Shown here: piece by piece, positions 1 to 9,500 of the stretch
Layout: each line of letters begins with the position of its first letter
Numbering within the stretch: the first letter of the stretch is position 1
Source of the DNA: Candidatus Scatovivens sp.
GTDB lineage: Bacteria; Bacillota; Clostridia; TANB77; CAG-508
Assembly: GCA_045646345.1 (NCBI GenBank)
Contig: JAZRKN010000009.1
Coordinates: 25,355 to 89,354, forward strand
Direction of reading: 5' to 3'
DNA: 64,000 nt
Program-made: the position numbers and the translations under genes
Notes under the pieces: generated by a model
Database searches by the model: none
Told to the model about the DNA's origin: nothing
The model's input: only the letters and a program-made list of their open reading frames with translations

Positions 1-287
1 CAAGAAATGATGCGGTGGAGTACAATGTAAGTGATTCAGCTAATAGTCCAGTATTACAACTAACAGTAAAAACGACAGATTATAAAGGTGATGTAAAAAT
101 AACATGGCCAGCTAACATTGTGCCAGATAATACAGATTCTAAATTTGCAAATGTAAATTCTGGTTATAGTGGTGGAAATATAATAATTCCTTTTGAAGCT
201 AATTCAGAATATACATTTCAATTTTTTAAAAAACAACCTAGTATGAGTTATGGTAAAACAAGCTTTGTGGTAGAAAGGAGCGAATAA
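1..287 (+). CDS. C-terminal part of a hypothetical protein (5' end outside the window)
   Basis: The reading frame stays open upstream of the GTG at 15 to the window edge (aga aat gat gcg). Beta-rich sequence; its stop lies 2 nt before the next ATG. Confidence 0.7.
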   Translation, partial: RNDAVEYNVSDSANSPVLQLTVKTTDYKGDVKITWPANIVPDNTDSKFANVNSGYSGGNIIIPFEANSEYTFQFFKKQPSMSYGKTSFVVERSE

Positions 288-289
288 TA

Positions 290-3200
290 ATGAGAAATAA
301 TTCAAAAAATAATATAAAATTATTACTTATACTTATTATTGTTTTAGCTTTCATACCATATAAGCTTATTTTTTCGAAAGCGGAAGAAACTAATAATGAA
401 GTAGAAAAAAATACAATTATTGAATCTAATATAGAAACGACAAATTTGAATTTAGGTCAAGAAGAGAATATTGTATCAAATGAAGTACAAATTTCAAATG
501 ATAGAGAAACAGAAAATATTGTAAGTGAAAAATCAAATACAGAAACAAATACAACTGTAGAAAATGTGGTTACAGAAAAAAACAACGAAAATCAGGTTGT
601 CGAAAATGAAGTAAATGAGAATACTATAAATCAAAATACTATAAATCAAAATACAGTAGAGAATATTGTTTCAAAAGATGAATATGAAAATAAAGTTGCA
701 ACAAATGAAATATCAAATACAGTTGCTACATCAAATGAGAACGTTGCTATCGGAAATTTTGTTGTTAGTCAAGAAATGCAAGAATTATTAGGTGCTATGG
801 CAGAACCAGTTGATGAACCGGAAGTACAAGAGATTTCTGAAATTGGGTTAAAAGCAACTCTTTGGGATTCTGAACAATATAGTGCAGGAACTGGAACAGA
901 ATTAACAGAAGTTGGAGCAACAGTTAATAATTGGCAATTTGAAACAAATAAATATTTACAAATTGATCCAAAAGTAGTTGCTGATGGTAATACATACATT
1001 ATAACGGTTGAACTACCACAAGAATTTTATATAATAGGATCAGAATTATCTGTACCAACAGGATATCAAAATGTTAACTTTACAAAAAATGCAGAAATTG
1101 TGATAAATGATTCCCAAAAGTATGAATTAAAACCATATAGTGGAACAGCTGAATATACATTAAATAATATGGTTGAAAGTGGAACTATACAAATTGGTAT
1201 AGGATATGATGTTGTTTTGTGGGATAAACAAGAAAATTCTTCATTAACTCCGGATGGGGTTAATCCAATAACAGTTAAACTTTCAAAAAAAGAATCTGAT
1301 GGAACACTAACAGAATTAAATAGAGTACTAATTTCAAAAGCTTTTTCGGGAAGTAAAAATCAAGATGCGGTTAATGTAAATGGAATGTTAGAAGGGGAAT
1401 CTTCAGGATTATCAACTATTGTTGCAAATAAAGATGATAGAATTAAATTTGTAAAATCTATTAATAATAATGATGGTATGGTTAGATATAAATATTATAA
1501 ATCAGCAAAAATTACTGTAAAATTACCAAGCTATACTGATACTAATGGAAAAATACATTATTTATCTTTTGATGAATCAACTTTAGATTTATCAAAAGTT
1601 GCACATACTTCCAAAAATGTGGATTTATCGCAAGCTGATGCTGGTATAGTTACAATTGATTTAGTAAATCCTTACTGGAATTCTGGAACGTTAGTTGGAT
1701 TTGTTGTAGGCCCGCTTCCAGAAGAATTATTAGAACAAAATATAAATTCTTTTATATTTAAAAATGGAACTATAACAACTGTTGTTAATGGAAAAAATGG
1801 AAATAATAATATAACATATCGTACTTGTTCAATTCCATCAGTAGAATATCAAAAAGAAAGTTTAGAAAATGTAGTAATATCTTCACAAAATAAAGGTGTT
1901 ACTATAGTTGAAAGACCAAATGACGCAGTGTCAATTTTGGGAGGAATATATTTAGAAAACAAAGGTACTGGTGTAAGTTGTCCAAAAAATATTGATTTGA
2001 AATTCGACATTAATAATACAAATTTAATAAAAGTTACAACAATAAATATATTTGCTGACACGATACAAGAATATATAGATGTTACATATACATTGGTTGA
2101 TGAAAATGGAAATAGAGTATTTTTGGATAATAATGGAAATAGAGTTTCAGAAGGTTCTAATGAGGCGATTGGAGAATGGGTATATTCACTAAAAAATACA
2201 TATAAAAATTCAACAAAGAAAGAAAATTTAAAAAATACAATAACAAGAGGAAAATTACCTGAAGCACATAGACAATATTATTTTAAATCTGTAAATTATA
2301 ATTTAGAATCAATAAATGAACAAACTAGATTATATGCACCATCTTCAGTTTTAACTCTTACAGCTGCTGGTAATTTTTTAGGATATGTTGATGATTCAAG
2401 TGGAAATAATGAAAAAACAGCAGCTTCAAAAATGGTTGTTACATCATTAGATGCAGGTATTACTAATCTAGAAAGAACTGTAACTACAACACTTCAAAAT
2501 ACAAGTACGCCAACATATATAATTGATAATGCAACTATAAATAAAACAAAAATACAAGCTGGAGAATCATTTAATATTTCTGGAAAAGTAGTTACTCCTT
2601 CTTATCCATATGGAAATAGTACATGGTTAAAAAGAATAACTTTAGCTGTTAAACTTCCAAAAGATATTACAATAAATGAACAAGCAATTGTATTGAAAAA
2701 TGCGAAAGGACTATTAATAAGTGGTTCTACTGTTACAACTCAAGATATAGGTAATGGAAATATTTTATGGAAAATAAAATTACCAGAAGATATATGTATA
2801 GGAAGAGCTTCTGAAGATATAGGTACGTTACCTTCTGGAGATACAATATCATTTGATTTACAATTAGATACTTCATATACAATGAATGCAGTAACAATAT
2901 TTGTTAAAGATTTAGTAACTGTAGGTGCTTATAAACAATTGAATAATGCAAGCGGATCATATTCGTGGGCTTCTAAAGCGGATATATATGATATAAACGA
3001 AAATGGATCTACAACAGATAATATAGGTGGTATAAAATCAAGTAACGCTAGTGCATGTCAAATTATTTCTCAAACAGCTACGTTGGAAATTCAAGATTCT
3101 ATAAGTGTTGAATCAAATGGAATTGTTTCAGAGGAATCAAATGTCGGTAAGATTTTTTCAGTAGAAGATACTATCAATTATAATTTAGATATAGGATGTT

Positions 3201-5395
3201 TTAGTGGTGGTAGAGCAGAAGGGTTTGTTTATTACATACCAATTCCTAAAAAAACAACAATTACAGATAATTTCTTAATTGAAAATAGTAAGAATGGTAA
3301 ATTCGAACTTGAATTAACAGAAGAACCGATATATACAGGAACTAACATATTTGATTTAAGTTATGTTATGCAAGATGGAATTACATATGCTTCAGCTCCA
3401 AGTGTAACTAATTGGTACACAGCAGAACAAATAAATAATGATGATTCTTTAAATTTTGAAGATGTTACAATGATAAAATTAACAGTTAAAGATGCTGCTA
3501 TAAAAAATGGTGATAAAGTAAGAATTACATTAAAATTGAAATATGTAGGTGAAAGTTTTAGAGAAGAAGCTGGTAAAGAAAATATCTGGCATAGTGGTGG
3601 ATATTATAGATTTATAAACAGTGACAGAGAAAGTGCAGGAAATTTTGCAACAGAAGGTGTTTCTATAAAATTAAATTGTGAAGATATTGAACTTGATGAA
3701 ATAACATTAACTGCAGCAAGAGGTATGGTTCCAACTGGTGTGGGAAATGTTAATGTAGTAAATATATCAGAAACAGAATTCCCAATTTTTGAAAATGCTC
3801 ACACATTTGAAATAACAGATGTAGAAACTTACAATGTAATTTTAAAATCAAAAGATTATATGCTTGCTAATCCAGATATGCCGGGTATAGATGCAAATCA
3901 AAATTTTGCTATAACGGTAAATATGGGAACAAAAGAAGTAAATATATTAGAAAGTGCAAAAGAAAATCCTATTGAAATAGGAACTATTTCAGCAAATTCG
4001 TCACCAAGCTTCACTTACCAAATATATAATGCAGATGCTTTAAATGATAATTCGCAAATAAGATATATAATTGTAACGTTACAAAGTGAAAATGGAATAA
4101 CATTAAAACAAAAAATTAATATAAATAGAGAGGTTGTTCAAGCTTCAGATCCACAAATTGCTATAGTAGCAGGAAAAAGATATGTGACATTTGATGATTT
4201 AACGACAGATACAGTAATAAGTCAAGATTCATCATTTACAGCACAATTTATATTAGAATATATACCAAATACATATAAAGATGAGAGAATTACTTTTTCA
4301 AATGCTTTACCTGTCGGAACAAAAATAATATTAGAAAATTTTACTGATGAGGCAAATCCAACATATTGGTATTATTCAGTGAATTCTGCTATTTCTACAA
4401 TTAAATTAGAAGATTTTGTTGCAATGGGAAGAACTGGAAGTGATAATTACAATATGCCAAACGATTTGGATATTATAAAAGAAAAACTTTTAGTATTAGT
4501 TGATTTCTCTCAATGTTCAAATTGTCTTTCATCAGAAACATATTCAATAAAATTACAATTAACAGGAACAACTACAGATGTTGAAGATTTTGATTCAAAT
4601 GAATTGAAATTTTCGCTAAGAAATAAAAATACTTTTGTGTTAAATGAAATTTCAAATGCAAAAATGGGAGAAAAATTTAATATAAATTATACAATGAACT
4701 TGACCCAAGGTGCAGACACTAAATATGGAGGAAGAAAAGCTTCTTTGGTAATAACTGCTCCGGATAATATTCCATCAGATACTATGCTAACAATTCAAAA
4801 TAATGTGTATAATTTGAATGCTGAAAAGCAATTTATAGTATCGCTTGGAGATATAAAAACACAAACAAGTTCATTAGAAATGAATATCTTTTCTAATATG
4901 CAACCAGATGTGGAAACGATATATGAATTTGATATAGCATTATGGATTTCAGCAACTGCTAATGCTGATGCTCCAAAATTAGGAGAATTAATTTCTGCTA
5001 AAAAAATAAATATAACAACTAATAATGAGTTGAATCCTGCTCTTAAAGTAACAAATATAAGTTCAAGAATTATTAAAAAAGATGAACTAAATCAATTATA
5101 TACACTTGATTATAAGTACAAGCCGGATGCTAATTGCAAAGTAACTGTAGAATTACAACAAAAAATTGGTAGTGCTTATAAGAAAGTAACTGATAAATTA
5201 AATCAAGTAAATGGATCAACGGCTCATACAATGGGAACATTTGATATAAATCCTGATTCAGGAAATAATATATTAGAATTTAGATTGTCATCAATAACAG
5301 AAAAAGCAACATATAGAATTGTGTTTAAAGTTTGTGACGATGCAGGAACAACAATATTAGAAGTTCCATATAATTTTATAGTGTTAGACAAATAA
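290..5395 (+). CDS. Large secreted/surface protein of unknown function (1701 aa)
   Basis: N-terminal basic + hydrophobic signal, N/E/T-rich low-complexity stalk, long beta-rich body, DxNxNG-like motif (DINENGSTTD). No C-terminal LPxTG or TM. Confidence 0.75.
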   Translation: MRNNSKNNIKLLLILIIVLAFIPYKLIFSKAEETNNEVEKNTIIESNIETTNLNLGQEENIVSNEVQISNDRETENIVSEKSNTETNTTVENVVTEKNNENQVVENEVNENTINQNTINQNTVENIVSKDEYENKVATNEISNTVATSNENVAIGNFVVSQEMQELLGAMAEPVDEPEVQEISEIGLKATLWDSEQYSAGTGTELTEVGATVNNWQFETNKYLQIDPKVVADGNTYIITVELPQEFYIIGSELSVPTGYQNVNFTKNAEIVINDSQKYELKPYSGTAEYTLNNMVESGTIQIGIGYDVVLWDKQENSSLTPDGVNPITVKLSKKESDGTLTELNRVLISKAFSGSKNQDAVNVNGMLEGESSGLSTIVANKDDRIKFVKSINNNDGMVRYKYYKSAKITVKLPSYTDTNGKIHYLSFDESTLDLSKVAHTSKNVDLSQADAGIVTIDLVNPYWNSGTLVGFVVGPLPEELLEQNINSFIFKNGTITTVVNGKNGNNNITYRTCSIPSVEYQKESLENVVISSQNKGVTIVERPNDAVSILGGIYLENKGTGVSCPKNIDLKFDINNTNLIKVTTINIFADTIQEYIDVTYTLVDENGNRVFLDNNGNRVSEGSNEAIGEWVYSLKNTYKNSTKKENLKNTITRGKLPEAHRQYYFKSVNYNLESINEQTRLYAPSSVLTLTAAGNFLGYVDDSSGNNEKTAASKMVVTSLDAGITNLERTVTTTLQNTSTPTYIIDNATINKTKIQAGESFNISGKVVTPSYPYGNSTWLKRITLAVKLPKDITINEQAIVLKNAKGLLISGSTVTTQDIGNGNILWKIKLPEDICIGRASEDIGTLPSGDTISFDLQLDTSYTMNAVTIFVKDLVTVGAYKQLNNASGSYSWASKADIYDINENGSTTDNIGGIKSSNASACQIISQTATLEIQDSISVESNGIVSEESNVGKIFSVEDTINYNLDIGCFSGGRAEGFVYYIPIPKKTTITDNFLIENSKNGKFELELTEEPIYTGTNIFDLSYVMQDGITYASAPSVTNWYTAEQINNDDSLNFEDVTMIKLTVKDAAIKNGDKVRITLKLKYVGESFREEAGKENIWHSGGYYRFINSDRESAGNFATEGVSIKLNCEDIELDEITLTAARGMVPTGVGNVNVVNISETEFPIFENAHTFEITDVETYNVILKSKDYMLANPDMPGIDANQNFAITVNMGTKEVNILESAKENPIEIGTISANSSPSFTYQIYNADALNDNSQIRYIIVTLQSENGITLKQKININREVVQASDPQIAIVAGKRYVTFDDLTTDTVISQDSSFTAQFILEYIPNTYKDERITFSNALPVGTKIILENFTDEANPTYWYYSVNSAISTIKLEDFVAMGRTGSDNYNMPNDLDIIKEKLLVLVDFSQCSNCLSSETYSIKLQLTGTTTDVEDFDSNELKFSLRNKNTFVLNEISNAKMGEKFNINYTMNLTQGADTKYGGRKASLVITAPDNIPSDTMLTIQNNVYNLNAEKQFIVSLGDIKTQTSSLEMNIFSNMQPDVETIYEFDIALWISATANADAPKLGELISAKKINITTNNELNPALKVTNISSRIIKKDELNQLYTLDYKYKPDANCKVTVELQQKIGSAYKKVTDKLNQVNGSTAHTMGTFDINPDSGNNILEFRLSSITEKATYRIVFKVCDDAGTTILEVPYNFIVLDK
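620..654 (+). repeat. 15-bp tandem repeat (NTINQ x2 plus partial)
   Basis: aatactataaatcaa twice, then aatac. Confidence 0.8.
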
Positions 5396-5397
5396 AT

Positions 5398-5433
5398 AAA
5401 AAAGAAGAAGTTGTTTTAACTTCTTCTTTTTTT
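5398..5433. terminator. Bidirectional intrinsic terminator
   Basis: aaaaaagaagaag-ttgttttaa-cttcttcttttttt between convergent genes. Confidence 0.85.
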
Positions 5434-5435
5434 AT

Positions 5436-6365
5436 TTAAATTTTATTATTTGTTCTTCTTTTTGGAAGTGGCTTTGAAGAGATTACTGTTGGCGAAACTT
5501 CAAAAACAATATTAAAACAATCAAATTTATACATTTCATTATTATCTAAATAATCTAAGTAAATATCAAGTTCATCAATATTTCTACAAGCCGCTATAAT
5601 TGCTGGATGTAGGTTGTAATTGAAAAATAATTCAACTCCTAATTCTAGTCCGTCTTTTGTTGATAGATTTTCTTTGTTCTTTATCAATTTAAAGGCTTCT
5701 TTAAATCTAGATATTGAAGCATTTTTGAAGAACGATAATGGAATTGTATAATGTGTTTGAATAATTTCTTCATATGATGAAAATTTATTTTTATTAGCAG
5801 AAAAGATTTGCTCTAATTCATGATATGTATATGGTAAAAAAACAGTTTGTTTTGTTTCTGAAATTACTAGAGTGTTTTCTCTTTTTAAGTCTTCTGGTAA
5901 ATTATTTTTTAATTCTTCGAAATTGACAATAGGATCAGCTTCAGTTAATTCTAATTTTATATTTATGTTTTGGTCTGAAAATTGATTTAATGCTTTTTCA
6001 ATTTGTAGAGTATTTAATTGAACAGTACTATAAGCTTCCGAAAAAGTAGAATTAAAGTTGTTAATTTTTTCTTCAGTTAGTGAATTCATGTTATTCTCTT
6101 TTATTGCATTTGTTAGAATTGTAAGCAATAGGTTTAATTTATTTAAAATTGCAATATTAGAATTAGAAACTTCAAGAGTTTCTTTTAGAAAATTTACTAT
6201 TTCTGGGGTTGAATTATTTTTTTGAAATTTATCAAGATATTTTGAAATAGTTTCTTTTTTTATGTTTTGTACATCTAACATTGATGATAAAATCTTTTTT
6301 TCATAATCCAAAAGCATATTAAATTTTTCATGATTTTTAATTAATTCTTCTGTAAAAAATATCAT
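5436..6365 (-). CDS. Hypothetical protein (coiled-coil N-half, globular C-half)
   Basis: 309-aa ORF with a GAGGTG RBS upstream on the minus strand. No recognised motif. Confidence 0.75.
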   Translation of the reverse strand: MIFFTEELIKNHEKFNMLLDYEKKILSSMLDVQNIKKETISKYLDKFQKNNSTPEIVNFLKETLEVSNSNIAILNKLNLLLTILTNAIKENNMNSLTEEKINNFNSTFSEAYSTVQLNTLQIEKALNQFSDQNINIKLELTEADPIVNFEELKNNLPEDLKRENTLVISETKQTVFLPYTYHELEQIFSANKNKFSSYEEIIQTHYTIPLSFFKNASISRFKEAFKLIKNKENLSTKDGLELGVELFFNYNLHPAIIAACRNIDELDIYLDYLDNNEMYKFDCFNIVFEVSPTVISSKPLPKRRTNNKI

Positions 6366-6578
6366 ATATTTACACCTCGAATATATTATATATTAAAAAA
6401 TTTTAAAAATCAGTATTTTAATATAAATTTAATATAAGAGATATTTTGATAAATAAAAGGAGTTTAACTTTCGTGAAAAAATAATTTAAAAAAGTATAAA
6501 TGATACATAAAAGTTATTGTAAAAAAAATATATTATTTGTAAAATATTGTTATAAACAAAAGATAATGGGAGGTTTCT

Positions 6579-9500
6579 ATGACTAGAAAAAAAGTAGGAA
6601 AATTTTTATTATATATAATAATTGCTATGCTTATTATTTCTTCATGTTACTGTTTTTGGTCTTATTTTTCCAAAGGTAAACAAAAAATAACAGTAAAAAC
6701 AAGTAACAATTGTTATAGTGGTGAAAGTATTAATGCTACTATTGCTGTAATGAATGTTAAAACTAATAAAGCGATAGATGCAAAAATCACAGCAACATTA
6801 TATGATAGTGATGACAAGAAAGTAAAAGATGTTGTTACTAAAATGGAAATTGAAAAAGGAGAAGCTGGAGAATTAGCTTTAAATGTACCGGAAGACTTAA
6901 AAAGTGGAAAGTATACTTTAAAGATAAAATCTAATTCGGGATTTTATTCCGATACAGCAGAAATTCCAATTAATGTTAAAAATGATAAAAAGTCAAATGT
7001 GATAATTTCTTTTGATAAAGGGATTTATAAACCTGGAGATGAAATTAATTATAGAATTTTAATGCTTTCTAAAAGAGATGAAACTCCTTTGAGTCAGAAT
7101 ATTAAAGTTTCAATATATGATGGAAATGATAATAGAGTTTATATAGAAGAAGCTGTGACTTCTGAATATGGTATTATTTCAGGAAAGTTTAAATTAGCAG
7201 ATGAGGTTAATAGTGGTACTTATAAATTAAAAGTTGAATCTGATAGACAGGAAGTTACAAAAACTTTTAATGTAAATCCATATATAATTCCAACCTTTGA
7301 AGTTGAAGTTTCATCAGATAAAGATAATTATATTGTTGGAGATGTGGCTAAAATAAAGGTAGATGCTAAATACTTTTTTGGAGAGCCTGTAAAAAAAGCT
7401 GAAATAAAAGGAACTGTTGACGGAAAAGAAGTTGTTGGATTGACAGATGAAAACGGAAGTTTTACATACGAATATAAATTTGGAAAAGCTTCTAAAATAG
7501 TTGCAGATTTTACTGTGGTAGATTCATCTAATTATTTGATAGAGGCGTCAAAAATATTATGTTGTGGAACAGCATTATATGAAGTTGAAGTTATTCCAGA
7601 ATATTCAGATATAGCTTATGGATTTGATAATGATATATATGTAATTACTAAAAAAATAGATGGAACTCCAGTTAAAACTTATTCAACATTAAAAATAGGA
7701 AAAATTTCAAAACAAGTAATTTCTGATGAAAATGGAATCGGAAAAGTTACAATAACATCTAGCGAAACAGAAGAATTACCAAAAAAAGAAATGCTATCTG
7801 TTAAAGTTGAATCTGAAGATATGGAGTCAAACAAAGTAACAAAAACACATCAATTATTAATTCATGATGCATTTCCTAATTTAATAAAAACGAACAAAAC
7901 AAAATACAATGCTGGAGAAGATATTGAAATAAAATTAAATTCAAAAGTGAATACAAATACCAAAAATATATATGTCTTCAAAAGTAATGAACTTATTAAA
8001 ACTATTGTTACAGATGATGATAATGTGAAAATTAATTTAGGCGATGTCTCAGGGTTAGTTGATTTATATATTCCAAATCAAAAAAATATGTCAACAATAT
8101 ATAATTATTATGATGATTTTTATGAAACTTATAAAGTTAATATAGATTATTCTAAAAAGACAATTTTTATAAAACCAGAGAAAGAACTAAATATTTTAGT
8201 AGAACCGGTAAAAGATGAATATAAACCAGGAGATACTTTAGATGTTAAGTTCACTACAACTAATGAACAAAATGAGTTGGTAAATTCTGCTTTATTAGTG
8301 AGTATTTTAGATGAAGCGATACTTGCGTTAGCTGATAATGATTTGTCTATTGATAATATAAAATTAGCGTTAGAAGATATTGTTTTAGAACCAGGTATGA
8401 CTGCTGCAGATTTATATGTAATGGCACTAGACGAATCTTCAGATCTTGCTTTTAATTCTGTATTATTAAAACAAAAAGTAACAAATCCAGATATTTATAC
8501 TAAAAATTATAGAAATTACGAAACAGAAATATATTTGATGTTTGGAATTATAGCTATTATAGTAGCTGCAATTTTAATAGCTTTAAGTTATATTGCTAAG
8601 AATAAAGAAAAAGTAGCTAAAGTGATAATTCCGGTAATAGATGTTTTGGCAATATTTATTTTAATGTATATATATGCTGAGGAAGTATTCGGTTTAATAG
8701 ATAATTTATTTATGGTATTTGCAACATTTATTCTTTCAATAATTGCGTATTTGTTGTTCTTGTATAAAGAACGTGACTTTATATTTAAATTAGTATCAGA
8801 AATGATTGTAATTCCAATTGTCTCAATAATAGGAATATTCTTGATTTCTATATTAGTATCTTTGGTATTTGATATATATATACCAAAAATATTTGCTTTA
8901 GTTTTAGGTGTAGTCGTTTTATTAATATTATTAGAGTTTGCTATATTAAAATCATTACAAAGAAAAAGAGGATTAAATAAAGTTTTAACAAAGATTTTTG
9001 AGTTTTCAAAACTAATTTCAAGAGCTGTTGTATTTTGGTTTTTAACAATAGTATTAACAGAAATTACAGAATTTGGATTACTAATAGTTCTTGCTCTTTA
9101 TTATTTATATAGAAAATTTATATTAAAAGAAGCAAAAACTAAAGTAGAAGATGGGAAAATAGTATTAAATTTAAATGTTTCTGAATTAGTGGGAATGCTA
9201 ATAGGAATGTTATTAATTATAATTGTTATAGTAATAGTAATTTCTTCTAATTTAAATGATTATAGAGTAATGAATGATTCTGTAACTTCAGATGTTACGG
9301 CTCCTAGTTTACCTATGAAGGATTCGACAACAAATTCAAGTACTGTAACATTAGATTTTAGTCAAGTTACAGAGGATATGATAATCTCAGGAGCGTCTGA
9401 TGCTACAGGAGCGGGAAGTAGCATAAATAATTCATTCGGTTCAATGTTTGATTTTGATTTGAATATTATGCAAGATTCAAAAGCCGAATCATCTGTTGAG

